A stretch of 64,000 nucleotides of DNA from Octopus vulgaris. Its lineage: Eukaryota. The notes below the pieces were generated by a model, which searched no databases, was not told the DNA's origin, and worked only from the letters and a program-made list of their open reading frames with translations. The stretch lies in assembly GCA_951406725.2 (NCBI GenBank), contig OX597830.1:2356001-2420000 (forward strand), in the 5' to 3' direction. The first letter of the stretch is position 1, and each line of letters begins with the position of its first letter. This document shows, piece after piece, positions 1-13,780 of the stretch. Made by a program: the position numbers and the translations under genes.

Positions 1-2190
1 TGACAGACAGCAGCATATTCCCTAATGAACAGAAAGGATGTAAACGTGGATCCTACGGTTGTAAAGATCAACTACTCATCAATAAGATGATCTTAGAAGA
101 TTGTCACAAACGACACAAAAACTTATCAATAGCCTGGATAGACTATAAAAAGGCTTTTGATAGCCTACCACATAGCTGGATTAAGAAATGCCTAGAAATG
201 TATAAGATAGCACCTACTCTGTGAAACTTTTTGTCTGTAAGTATGAGATTATGGAGAACCACATCAACTTTGAACAGTGACAATGAATCTCTAAATGCTA
301 GAGATGTAAAAATCTCATGTGGCATTTTCCAGGGTGACTCACTATCACCACTCCTCTTCTGTTTAGCCTTAATACCTCTCTCAAAACTGCTCAATGACAC
401 GCAGTACGGGTATAAAATGTTTGATAAAAATATAAATCATCTCATTTACATGGATGATTTAAAGCTCGTTGCAAAAAATGACCAACAACTCAAGGGCTTA
501 CTAGCGATTGTTAAACAATTCAGTGATGACATCAGAATGAAATTTGGCCTCGATAAATGTGCAAAAACTACCTTTATCAAAGGAAAAATGACAGAAACAT
601 CTAACGTTAACCTTGACCAGCAGCACGTCATAAAAGAGTTAGACTCAGCGGAGAGCTACAAGTACCTAGGGATAATTGAAGGAGAGGGAATAAGGCATTC
701 AGTGATGAAGGAAAGGATCAGGAGAGAATGTTATCGCAGAGTAAGAGCAATACTCAAGACAGAGCTGAATGCGAGAAACAGGATCGAAGCAATCAATGCA
801 TTAGCCATACCAGTTGTGACTTACAGTTTCAATATCGTTAACTGGTCATTTACTGAAATATGTAATCTTGACAGAAAAATACGAAAACTGTTGACAATGC
901 ATAGAATGCACCACCATAAGGCAGATACATAACGACTTTATCTGCCAAGAAAAGAGGGAGGCCGTGGACATTTACAACTGGCAATAACAATGAAGATTGC
1001 TACAATTGGCCTAGACACCTACCTGAAAAACTCTGAGGACTGGATGTTAAAACATGTCTCAAAACATGAAAACAAGAAAGCATCATACTCAGTAACAAAA
1101 CAGGCAAAGGAATATCTTTGTGAATTCCGAATACAACAAATTTCAGAATTAGAGATAGACATACAAGAAACAGGCACAGAAAAGGCTAAGCGCATGAAAA
1201 CCCGTGCTAAATCTGCGGCCTTAGATATTCTGAATGATAAATGGCAAGAAAAACCTCTCTATGGCAAATACCCAAAGAGAGCAAATAATGCAGATGTTGA
1301 CAAAGCCCTGACCCATCAATGGCTAATGGCCTCTGGCTTAAAATCTGAAACAGAGGGGTTTATCATAGCAGCTCAAGATCAATGCCTACCAACAAGAAAC
1401 TACCAGGCCAACATATTAAAGATCAGAAGCAGTCCAACGTGTCATGTATGCCAGCAATAAAATGAAACCATTGACCATGTGGTCTCCAAGTGCAGTCTTC
1501 TAGCGCCTACAGAGTATCTCAACAGACACAATAGAGCTGCACAATATATTCACTGGGTAATCTGCAAAAACCTGGATTTGCCCCATGAAAAAAACTGGTG
1601 GGAACACAAACCACCCCCAGTGCTTGAAAATGACCACATCTCACCCCTCTGGAACTTCACCATTCAAACTGACAGAAAGATAGATGCAAATAGGCCAGAC
1701 ATCATATTGAAAGACTTCAAACAAAGAACATGCCTCCTCATTGATATGACTGTCCCAATCGATATAAACGTATCTGTCAAGACCTACCAAAAACTGAGCA
1801 AATATAAAGATCTTGAAATAGAAATCAGCAAAATGTGGAAGCTGAAGACTAAAACAATACCTGTTGGCTGATAGCTACCTAACTCAGATACCAGGAAACT
1901 CCAAAATGGCAGAAATTCAAAAGATAGTGCTCATGGGAACTGCTCATATCCTACGCAAAATACTTTCTATGTAATCTCAAGGTTTAAAACAAACATAATT
2001 TCCGGTTTAAAAAAAAAAAAAATTTTTTTTTCTTTTAGACATTCATTAGTACAACACCAAAAACTCCCCCCCCAATATATGGCAGACTAGGCATAACAAC
2101 AACATGAACTTCCAACCTGTTGTCTCTTGAGGTCTCTGGGTGAGACTTGGAGCCAACTTGTACAAATATAAAGCAAAAGTCAAACATAGA
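1..2190 (+). mobile_element. R4/Dong-clade RLE non-LTR retrotransposon, family A (5' part outside window, disrupted)
   Basis: RT motifs [21 protein letters not shown] and YMDDLK; CCHC knuckle CHVC..ETIDHVVSKC; RLE motif RPDII..LIDMTVP..KLSKY. In-frame stops near 221, 930 and 1458, and a deletion near 1865. ORF ends TAA 1972-1974, then 3' UTR and (AAT)n tail. Confidence 0.93.
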
Positions 2191-2240
2191 ATAATAATAA
2201 TAATAATGATAATAATAATAATAATAATAATAATGATAAT
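2191..2240 (+). repeat. (AAT)n tract: tail/target shared by Dong family A and family B copy 1
   Basis: Direct reading; lies between the family A 3' UTR and the family B 5' end. Confidence 0.9.
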
Positions 2241-5200
2241 AAACAAAATAAAGCGATTTTTCACGAACAAACGCAAAAAAGAGCAAATTGGTCACTGAAT
2301 TTTTAACGTCACTGAACAGTTATGTCCGGAAACATGTCCACCAAAAGAAATAGAGGCGAATTTCGATCTATAAGTCTCATGCGAGTTCGATATGGCCAAT
2401 ATATTAATTCGGAGAATTCAGAAGCGGTGTCTTGACAAAAAGTTGACCCTGTACAAACAGTCCCTTCTTCTAACGTCACCGTTACAGTTGACTCTGAAAA
2501 AATGGACCCCTCTGATGTCGCCGTCAATCATTTAATGAAAACAAGCCAAAAATCATGCCGGATCGGTCATCGCCAGGGCCAACAAGGACCGCGTTACCCA
2601 GTAGGGAACCAGACTGGGGTCAAAAAGTTTGCTGCTGGAACAAACTCTCAAAAAGACGATCTACCAGGTGACCAGGACCAGAATACTTCTAACTCTGAAC
2701 TTGTAGTGACACCACCAAAAACACCACCTAAAGCAAAACGTATAAAATGGACCAGAGAGGACTATAGAGATGTGTTGAAAGCTTTTTATACAGCCCAACT
2801 AAACCCAAACAATAACCTCAGTGTACAAACATACATCTCATGGAGAAATTCAGTAGGCAACGAAGTACATAGATATATAGATGCAAATAAATTAAGTAAT
2901 GTATGCAGAGATATAATTAGAAACAAAAGACTAACTGACGCTGAAATTGACCAAATTAGGACACTAATAGCTCATGGTAGACCAAAAGAAAACAGCAACA
3001 ATGTAGACGAAATAGGTAACAGTAGCACAGAAGCCAGTGTACAAGCGGCAAATCAACTTCCCAATAGGGAAGTTAAACAAAGAATAGCGAAGACGAGAGA
3101 TTTGAAAAAAGAGGAGAACGTAGACCTTCCTCAAGAAAACCAAAATAGATATGGCATAGAATTTGAGGTGAAAAATAGAGAAAAGATTATGGAAGCAAAA
3201 GTGGACGTTATGAGACAACTCGGCAAGATTGAGCTCACTGACATGGTTAATAGAGAACCGCTACCAAAGTTTTCAAACGGCACAAGAAATAACAACACAA
3301 TCATGACATATAACGTTGCCCTAGGACAGATCTTAAGAAATAAGGGGAATGATTTGACAACCTTAAATAATCTCATTTATTCCACTGCTAAAGTAGTAAC
3401 TACCCAACTAGGTATTAAGATGACAAAGAAAAAGGCCAGGCATGTCAATGAACCTCCTAAGTGGAAAGTAGCGATACAAAAAGAGATTGAATCTCTGCGG
3501 GCGGATGTTTCAGTTCTCGATGAGCTTGCTAGAGGAGTGAATATTAAGCCGAGAAAAGCTAGAAAAATCAAACAAAAATAAAAAATCAAAGATCTCATAA
3601 ACCTCCCTGCAACCAAGGAACTGTTGAAACAACGGATACAGTTGAAAGTCCAACGGCTTAGAAGGTATGACAAAAGAAACAAATTTTATCGACAAAATAG
3701 ATTTTTTAAGACAGATGCAAAGAAATTTTATAGGGAAATTGGCAAACATAAAATACACATAGAAGATCCACCTAAGATTGAGGAAGTGGAGGAGTTCTGG
3801 AAGAAGGTATGGAGCAATGAAAAAGAGTTTAATGCTGAGGCTGACTGGATAGAACGTGAGAAAGAGAGACTGGATGAACTTGAAGAACAGAAATGGGAAG
3901 CAATAGGAATAGAGGAGCTAAGGTGTGTCCTTAGGAAGGCTCATAAATGGAAAACCCCAGGACTGGATTGGATCCCTAACTTCTGGCTGAATTGTTTGAC
4001 AGAGGTACCCGAAAATCTCGCTGCATCTCTGTCTGATGTCATTCAGAACCCAGAGCAAATACCTGCTTGGCTGACTGAAGGAACCACCTACCTATTACCT
4101 AAAACTGAAGACACAAAATACCCAAAGAATTACCGGCTAATAACATGTCTCAACACCACCTACAAAATCCTCACATCCATAATAACAGAGAGAATGTACG
4201 CTTTCCTTGAATAAAGCTCTATCCTTCCACAAGCTCAAAAAGGTTGTAAAAGAAACTCTTATGGGTGCAAAGACCAATTGCTCATAAACAGAATGATTGT
4301 AGAGAATTGCCGGAGCAAAAACATAAACCTGAGTATGGCATGGATAGACTACAGGAAAGCGTTTGACAGTGTCCCACATAAATGGATACTCAAGGCCCTT
4401 GAGATATACAAGATCTCTCCTGTCGTCTCAAAATTCTTACAGAATAGCATGACCATGTGGAACACACGTCTCTTTCTAAGCCATAGTAATGGGATGAGCC
4501 AGTCCAACAGCATCAACATCAAACGAGGCATCTTTCAAGGTGACTCCCTCTCTCCATTACTTTTTTGCATGGCACTGATCCCACTCTCAAAAGAATTGGA
4601 TAGTACCAGATATGGGTACAAAGTTTTTAGTAAATCAAGAAACCACCTTTTCTATATGGACGACCTAAAACTGTTTGCCAGGAATGACCAAGAGCTAGAA
4701 GGGCTGCTAACAACTGTTAAAGAGTTTAGCAACGATATCGGAATGGATTTTGGCCTTGATAAGTGTGCTAAAGCAACTTTTGTAAGAGGCAATCTCAGGC
4801 AAACAGATTCTGTTAAATTAGATATTGACACTACCATCAAGGAACTTGACCCACAAGAAAGTTACAAATACCTAGGAATCAACGAAGGAGATGGTATACA
4901 TTATGCTACTATGAAGGAAAAAATAAGAAAGGAATACTATAGGAGAATAAGGCTTGTACTGAAGACTGAACTCAACTCCAAAAATTGCATTGAGGCCATT
5001 AATACCCTGGCACTTCCAGTAGTCCAGTACAGTTTTAACATCATTAACTGGAACCTTACGGAACTCCAACGCTTGGACAGGAAGACAAGTAAATTACTGA
5101 CATTCAAGAACACCCTAAGGCAGATGTAGACTGCCTGTACCTACCTAGAAGCAGCGGGGGGAGAGGAATGATGCAATTAAAGCTGTGCTATAAGACCTCC

Positions 5201-6353
5201 ACTGTAGGAATGAACAGGTACCTATCTAATACAAAGGACTGGATGCGGCGACTTGTGTGCGAACACGAAAGCAGCAAAAAGCTGCAATTCATTGTCAAGG
5301 AAGCTTATAAGTTCGAAAGGGAACTAGACATTAACCTTGAATCAGATGAAGAGCCGGAAACCACTACTACCAAGCAAGCAAAGCGAATCAAGCAGACTGC
5401 AAAAAAGAACAGGCAGAATCAAATTGAGAGGCAGTGGAGCCAGAATCCCCTGCATGGACAATATATTCTCCGAAGCCAAAATGCTGATGTAGACCAAGCA
5501 ACAACCCATCAGTGGCTGAAGAGTTCAGGATTGAAAGCAGAGACTGAAGGCTTCATACTGGCAGCACAAGATCAAAGTTTGTTTACCAGAAATTACCAGG
5601 CTAGCGTTCTCCGAAATTGTACTGACCCTAAATGCAGATTCTGCAACACATTTGATGAAACAATAGACCATCTCGTTTCGGGATGTCCTGTGCTGACACC
5701 AAACAAATACAAAAATCGCCACGATAGGGTAGGACAGTATATACATTGGAAGATATGTAAACACTACAAATTCGGCACTCCTGCTAACTGGTATGAACAC
5801 CATCCTCAGCCAGTTGTTGAAAGTAAAAATGTCACCATCCTCTGGGATTTTCCAGTCAACACTGACAGAACGATCAAGGCTAATCGACCAGACATAATTG
5901 TTAAAGACAGGGAAGAAAATACCTGCAGACTAATAGAGGTAAGCGTCCCCACTGATAACAATATATCTGTAAAGGAATTTGACAAACTTAGTAAATATAA
6001 GGACCTGGAAATCGAAATACAAAAGATGTGGAATCTTAAAACAAAAACTGTTCCTGTTATTGTAGATGCCCTAGGTATGATAAAAAAGGGATGTCAGAAA
6101 CACTTAGACAATATCCCTGGAGAACCATGTCTCAAGGAAATCCAAAAGATTGTGCTAACAAGTACTGCCCAAATCCTTAGAAAAACCCTATCAATGTAAA
6201 TGTTTGTGTTTGTATTACATGGAAATATTTCTCTACTTCCCCTCCCCAAGCTTTCAGCTATATTTCAACAACTCTTAACCTTCACTTGCCCTAGGGCGCT
6301 GGGTGTGCCCCGGCAACTGATTGCATCAAACATGCAGATTAAAAGTAAATGAC
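2241..6353 (+). mobile_element. R4/Dong-clade RLE retrotransposon, family B copy 1 (apparently full length, defective)
   Basis: N-terminal Myb-like region (RIKWTREDY..W..KLSN), RT (QGDSLSP, YMDDLK), CCHC (CRFC..ETIDHLVSGC) and RLE (RPDII..KLSKY). Bounded by (AAT)n on both sides; same 5' and 3' ends as copy 2. Confidence 0.95.
2502..6199 (+). pseudogene. Dong B copy 1 polyprotein ORF, broken by two stops and a frameshift
   Basis: ORF track pieces 2502-3581, 3624-4214, 4278-5129 and 5168-6199. TAA at 3579-3581 and 4212-4214; frameshift near 5108 just before HPKADVD. Confidence 0.93.
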
Positions 6354-6417
<64 letters not shown>

Positions 6418-6441
6418 GTAATAATAATAATAATAATGGTA

Positions 6442-6479
<38 letters not shown>

Positions 6480-6530
6480 CATAATAATAATAATAATAAT
6501 GGTAATGGTAATATTAACGACAACATTAAT
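6354..6530 (+). repeat. Imperfect (AAT)n microsatellite (Dong tail/target)
   Basis: Direct reading. Confidence 0.95.
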
Positions 6531-7457
6531 ATTACCTTCAAGATTCAATAACAATAAATGTAGTTACAATTCCCACCTAAGACCATGTATTTATTTAAAT
6601 ATAATTTAGTTATTAAAAATTGTATAACGAATCTATGAAATGTATGATATTAAATGGTATTACAAATATATTACATTTAAATTATTGATTATCAATGCTC
6701 AAGTCAAATATTCTGAAACTTATTAAATACGATTTAATGAAATTCCATGAAATAGTTTGCTTTAGTTGTGACAATTTTGTTGTGTGAATTAATATGACAA
6801 ATCCAGATAACGAGTAGAAGAAGCTTGATGGTTTTCCACCACATAACTACACTGATTCTGTCTGTAGTGTGGCAACAAAAATCTAGGTGGCTCAGTCTAT
6901 TCAACTCATGTGCCAAATTCCCTTAAATTCCTCTCACATCATTGAATCTCGTGCAAATGAGGTTCTACAAGAATAATGATTAGCTACCAACTGCAGAAAA
7001 AAGAGAAATGGATGTGTGTGTGGTGGAGGGTGTGCTGCTGGTAGTGGTGGTGTGTGATGGTGGTGGTGGTGGTAGTGGTGTCTGGTGCTACTGGTGGGTG
7101 GGGGTGCTAGTTTAATTTTGGTGGTAAATGTATGTCTGTATTAAGTTTATCACTTAAGTGTTCATAAATTAGGATGCACACATGGATAATGTACTCCTAG
7201 CTATACTATGACCAAATATTTAATTTTAAAAAATGGTGGAAAGTTCGGATCTGGACAAAAGAAAGTGTGCTAGATATTTGTTGGCTGCACTCACGATATT
7301 CCTTGTGTGGTCATTTAGTGGTCATTATATTTGCCTGGGATATGTTTAACAATCACAAAAGTAGAATCCAAGCTTGGTAACTATTTGCTGTAGAATGCAT
7401 CTTGCATACACAAATAATACAGGAAAATATTTATAAAAACATCTGTAGTAAATTTTA

Positions 7458-7491
<34 letters not shown>

Positions 7492-8720
7492 TCTCCTCTC
7501 TCACTTTCTCCCACCCTTTTTCTTTCTCTTATATTTCTTTCATTGTCTCTTCCTCTCTCTTTCTCTCCCCATCAGGCTTTGTCTCATACACACACACACA
7601 CACAATATATATATGAATGGCAATTTCTGTCTGTCTGTTACCATCTTAGTGCCTAAACCAGCTTACCAATATTAGCAAAACTTTGCGTACATGTTACACT
7701 AACATCCAGTTCAATAATAAGGAAACTGGATTTCAATAAAAGTTTATAATGTGCCTCCCCCCAGAAGCATTGGATGAATTATATGATAAAATGAGAAGGT
7801 TGCAAAAAGTATTAGTCTGAGGGAAAGGTAGTAACAAGAGAGGGTGAATCATATCAGCAAAGGCGAGAACAACGGAGGCAATGGGATAAACATTAATACA
7901 GCTGTCATATACATGTGATGCTGCATACATACTTTCATAAATACATAGATACAACCCCCCACACATACAGAGAAAGGTGGGTGTGAGGAATACACAGCTT
8001 TAAGGAGAGAGGGGGTAGGTGGCTTTTCTGGAGTCCATTGCAAAGAAACACTCACACATACACACATACATATATATGCATATATACTTATGTCTACTAT
8101 ACACTGTTCTAGACTTGTGATTACCTGTGTGTATGTTTGTAAGTGTGTGTGTGCGCATGTGTGACATCCTATAACTGTCTGTCTACTTTTGCAGGGTCAT
8201 CCCTGTTGCTGTCACATGTGAGATTTTAAAATTACGTCAAAATTTCCAAATTTCATATACTGAAATAACTTTCCATGTTAAATCCAATTTTGTTATTTAT
8301 TTGTTCCAGAATAATTGGAGAAGAATGTTATTGAGGTTTAAAGTTTAATCAGTTTTACCTAATCAGAAAACAGGATTAGATAGCTGGCATTTTTTGCATG
8401 ATACCTATCACAAAATGAAAGCCAAATCATTAGGAGGAAGAAGTTTTATGAAACAAATAAAAGCAATACCTTACGATGAGCAAAGTTGTAAGATCTTTTA
8501 AAGTTTTAATGAATAAATTCATGTGAAAGGGTCACACAGACATGTAAATAATAGAAAAAGGAAAAAAATCCTTAACAAAGTTTTTGCGTGAAAAATTGCA
8601 CAAATCTGTCCTAATGTAGACACCTATCTGTCAGGGACGGCAAGCTCTGACATGGAACAAATAAAAATTTATATACAACATTCTATTGTAAAAATTGCCT
8701 GGCAACGACAGGCTATTCAG

Positions 8721-8756
<36 letters not shown>

Positions 8757-8758
<2 letters not shown>

Positions 8759-9369
8759 GGAGTAAACACAGCATATCTCTAACTGATACTGATACAACTT
8801 TACGTCCCCCTTACTTAAGCTTTACTCAGTAAATGAGAAGCGCTACATCGATGATTTTAACTTGCGTGCGAGATAGATTGCGTGCATATATGTACGCATG
8901 CATTTATGTGTATATTTTAGATTTATATTTATACGTCTGTATATGTATGGCATTTGCACGCATCCTTCTGTGTATGTTGATATATATATGTACACTTTAA
9001 TATAAATATGTATTGCAGTATAATATTTATAATAAGTTTTAATTTCTATGCATTAATTATACTTTCTTCATTAACGTCAATATGTATTTTATTCAATGTA
9101 AGGTTTTTTTCCTCGAATTTTATAATTTTTATAATTTTTTATACATATATATACATATATTTTTGAGCTTTTTTTGTTTATCGCTCGAAGATTGACCGTT
9201 ATTTCTAAAGGACCAATCAAACAAGTCCATTTTTTTTAAAGGTGTAGCGTTTGTAAGAGTCTAGATTGAATTGATATATCGGTTCCATTCTAGCAAAAAC
9301 TGTCTGATGAACGGCAACGAGAAACTCAGAGTAACAGATTTTGTTGAATTTTCTGCTGCTTCAAATAAA

Positions 9370-9370
<1 letters not shown>
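8757..9370 (+). mobile_element. Probable PLE pLTR / 3' fragment inserted in (TA)n
   Basis: Flanked by (TA)n on both sides; T-rich body; hammerhead motif near the 3' end followed by AATAAA. Confidence 0.6.
9295..9342 (+). ncRNA. Minimal type I hammerhead ribozyme motif (weak stem II)
   Basis: aaaaactgt-CTGATGA-acggcaacga-GAAA-ctcagag-TA-acagatttt. Stem I ctgt/acag; stem III ACTC/GAGT; GUA cleavage triplet. Confidence 0.7.
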
Positions 9371-9459
<89 letters not shown>

Positions 9460-9909
9460 GTATATATATATACAGTCATAATTTGCTATTGTGGATGTAT
9501 ATTTTTTATGAATATATGCTGTCATTTCTCATTGTGTCACTCTACAAACTTTATTCATCAGTCTTCTTTCAATCTGTGAATCCTTTACTTAATATCATTG
9601 CCATTCTCCTCATCCACCTCCACAGATAATCATTTATAACTTGTCATAATTCTATTTTCTGGCTTCTAATCTATCCATACTTTAATATACCAATGAAGAT
9701 GGATATGATATTGAGAGAACAGTAAATATCAAATAGCTTATAACAGTTCTGTGTATTGCACTTTGTCCTTTTAAATATCAAATGATTTAATAACAGTTCC
9801 AGGTATCTAAATATTGTTATATATCAGATACAATCATCACCACAGCTCGGATTTCAAATTATCTTCTAATTCAAAGAAAAATTACATTATACATATCCAT
9901 CCATCACTA

Positions 9910-10370
<461 letters not shown>

Positions 10371-10449
10371 ATTTAGATATGATTCAGCCTAAGATTGGTG
10401 CTGGCCATGTTGAAATTAATGGCACCACCTGATAGGATCTGCTAAGTCA

Positions 10450-10800
10450 TTTTTAAGTCAAGGTTTGTGGTGTTATGTCCCATTCAAGTTGGAAAATGTT
10501 GATTGCGATGTATTCAGGTATAGTGATGTATCTGGTATTCCATGAAGGAATTTGTCCAGGTTTCATTTGAAGGTAACGGTACTTTTTCTTCCTTGATTTG
10601 TTTTGGGATAATATTAAATAGACCAGGGCCTGATGTGGAAAAGAAATTATGCTGCAGTGAATGTGTTGTGAACCTGAATTATGCAGAGGACATGTGGTAT
10701 ATGGTCCTAGCCTTAAATGAATTCCAAAGGTCATTTGGGTAATGCTGGTCGTATATCATCCACCTTGTGCAAACAATGTAAGGGCTCATGGCAGCACTGA
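10450..10800 (-). mobile_element. Decayed CR1-group LINE ORF2 C-terminal fragment
   Basis: Minus-strand translation NFFSTSGPGLFNIIPKQIKEE, then after a frameshift FK*NLDKFLHGIPD, typical of CR1-group C-termini. Confidence 0.65.
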
Positions 10801-13112
10801 AGAAAATAAAGTTTCCCAGTTTGGATTTATCTGATCCTAGCCAGATGATTATCTAAAGACCACACTTTCCACCACTCACTTCATTTTCTTCAATCTCCAT
10901 CTCCATGTGTCTGCTGCAACTGTCTTCTCATAATCCTGCAAAATTACTAACCAGCCCGTATCATTTCCATTCTATTCACCTTCCTTCAACTTAAGGCGAT
11001 GCCCTGATATCTTCATCATCACCTTCTTTCTTTTCTCACAGGAGTGACCATCTCTCCTACAGCAAGACACTTGTTCCCAATCCCTTAGTCATGCTTTAAC
11101 TTCTCAATGCCTGGCAGAAAACCACCTCTCCCGATACAACACACCTCCACCCAGCTTCAGTTGTGGGATCTCCTCTTGTGAGGTACTTAGTGACCTTGCT
11201 AGCGATGTGGTCACATAAAAAGCACCCAGCACACTGTAAAGCGGCTGGGGTCAGGCATCTGGCTGAAGAAAACACGTAAAACAGGCACTGGAGTACAATG
11301 CAGCCTTTGGACACATGGGATCCTGTCAAACCCTATAATCCATGAGGGTATGGGACATGATGAGGAAGAGGTAGGTGATATTAGTGTGAGTGTGTGTGTG
11401 TGAGTGAGTGAGTGAGTGTAAATGTGTATGTGTGAGTGTGTGCATGAGTGTAAATGCGTGTGTGAGTGAGTGAGTGAGTGTAAATATGTGTGTGAGTGTG
11501 TGCATGTGTGTGTGCGTGCGTGTGTGTGCACGTGCTTAAGGCACAAACAGAAATGCATGACTCACTTGAAATAATTGTTGTATCACCTCTGGATGCAGAA
11601 TGTATTTCCACTTGTCCTGCCAACCAGTTTCCACTTCTTCAGCAACTCAAGGACAACAAGTCTCTTTTGTTTTAAGAAACTTTAGAAAACTTTGTGTGTG
11701 TGTATTGTTACAACTTTGTATACAAGGCTCACTTTATAGTTCTGTGGGTTCAAATTCTAAGCACTCTGTAGTGACATGGGTAATTGATGCAACTTTAAGG
11801 TGAAGCCAACCAATAATTTGTGACTGTCACTAGGTTATCAATCATGGAAACTCAGTGATTCAGTGATGTTCAGATGTCTCTTTAAGGTGATCACATTTGT
11901 CATCCCACCTATTGAAAGTTCTTTTGTGATAGAAGAGGGTGCTATATGCAGACCAAACAAGTCTTCACATTTCACAATTTAAATTGTTTTTTTTTTTTTG
12001 TGTAGTCAAGGAGAGAAAGTTCCATCCATAATTTTAAAAATGATCTCTGGTGAAATTATAATATACAATTTCTTTTTAACACAAAGACTGCACCTGCTGC
12101 TTTGTACCTTTTATTTATTTTAGCACCAGCTTTGATGCTCCAGTTTATTTTAGTATTTCACACAATCCTATTTTTAAGGCTTTTCACCATATTAAACAAT
12201 ATTGTGTCTTTTTCTAAAAGCATATTGTGTCTTTTTCTTGTATCTCTAAACAAAACCAAGTGTTAAATATTTCCTGGAAGGCATTTCCAGTCATTCCAAA
12301 GTAAGTTCTTCTAGTTCCATCTACGTAAGGTATTGGTAGAGATGAAACAGCTATTAGCAAAGCTGAACAAGAAAATGAACTTAACACACATTTTTCAGGG
12401 GATTGTTACTAAAGAATCTACAGTTACAAGATCTGTGTAGGGTACTGCTGATGCCATCGTTCACATTTCCTAATGAATTAACACAAATGTGTGCGTGTGT
12501 GTGTGTGTGTGTGCATGCATGTGCACGTGCGTATGTGTGTGTGTGTGTGTGTGTGCATGTGTTTGCTTATGTTCATCCGTTTAGAATTATACTATAGAAA
12601 CCATAGATGCATTCCTGACAGATATGCTTTCTCTAATATAAAAATATCTCTTCTTTCTTTGATACTAAAACTATTGGAGACATGACATATTTACCTCAGT
12701 GTCCCTAGTTCCTATTCCCAGTGTTCCTTACAAACATAAAAACTACATCCCAATATTACTAACACAATCGACTACCTTCAGTGTCATTTGAACTCACAAC
12801 ACAAGGGCTAATAGCTTTCATACTTATCTATTCTTTCGTCTCATGACCATAATTTTCGATAGACATTATAGGAAGCAGTTTTCATATTGATAAAGTAATT
12901 TTGGCTCGAATAGGGTTCTTTAAACATTTTTCTACTTCTAAAAGAGTTAACCCCAATCAACAAATTTCATCTCACATTTCATATCTCTTGTATTTTATCC
13001 CATATTTAAATAAGTTATATATTATTGTGCACTATATATGTACACGCTCTATATTTGGGTGAGGGGTGAATATATATACACACACACACACACACATATA
13101 TATATGTGTGTG

Positions 13113-13207
<95 letters not shown>

Positions 13208-13332
13208 ATGATAAGAGTAAATAATTTCTATAAAGGCTTTTAAAAAAAACCCAATTATTTACTTGTAGAATTCGGTATGTAAATATAGCCGATTACCGGC
13301 AGGAACTTCTGTAAAGTTCAGTATATATATTG

Positions 13333-13688
13333 TATATAAGAAAAAGGGACAGGCAAAACAGGTTGCTTCACCGCATACCGAAAAAATAGAAATAGCAGTC
13401 AAGAATGCTTATTTCTATCAAAGTTGGACTCCGGGCATGACAGACCCTGTAATTCACATATGCAAAACAGAAGGAATAGATAACGAATACGAGGTCTGGC
13501 GGTTATCTGTGAACATCATGTTTCTGGATTATAAACATATTGAATATATATTCCATATATTTTTGATATATATTTCATATATCATGCCCAGAGTCCAACT
13601 TTGATAGAAATAAGCATTCTTGACTGCTATTTCTATTTTTTCGGTATGCGGTCAAGCAACCTGTTTTGCCTGTCCCTTTTTCTTATAT
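13333..13688. repeat. ~107-bp inverted repeat with ~140-bp spacer, probably a truncated PLE with inverted pLTR
   Basis: 13333-13440 is the reverse complement of 13582-13688 with few mismatches; embedded in (TA)n. The spacer holds a possible hammerhead 3' half on the minus strand (GAAAcatgatgtTC). Confidence 0.85.
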
Positions 13689-13693
13689 ACATA

Positions 13694-13778
<85 letters not shown>

Positions 13779-13780
<2 letters not shown>

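Noticed and set aside
2241-2640. HDV-like ribozyme at the Dong B 5' end
   Set aside because: Known in some RLE elements and a GGCGAA is present, but I could not build the P1/P2/P3/P1.1 double pseudoknot by eye. Needs an RNArobo or Infernal search.
4212-5130. Programmed stop read-through or frameshift explaining the shared Dong lesions
   Set aside because: The frameshift deletes conserved residues (MH before HPK) present in family A, no slippery heptamer is evident, and other conserved motifs are also mutated.
8160-8722. Second Helitron suggested by tgcctggcaacgacaggc hairpin
   Set aside because: No CTRR terminus or clear 5' end; too degenerate to call.
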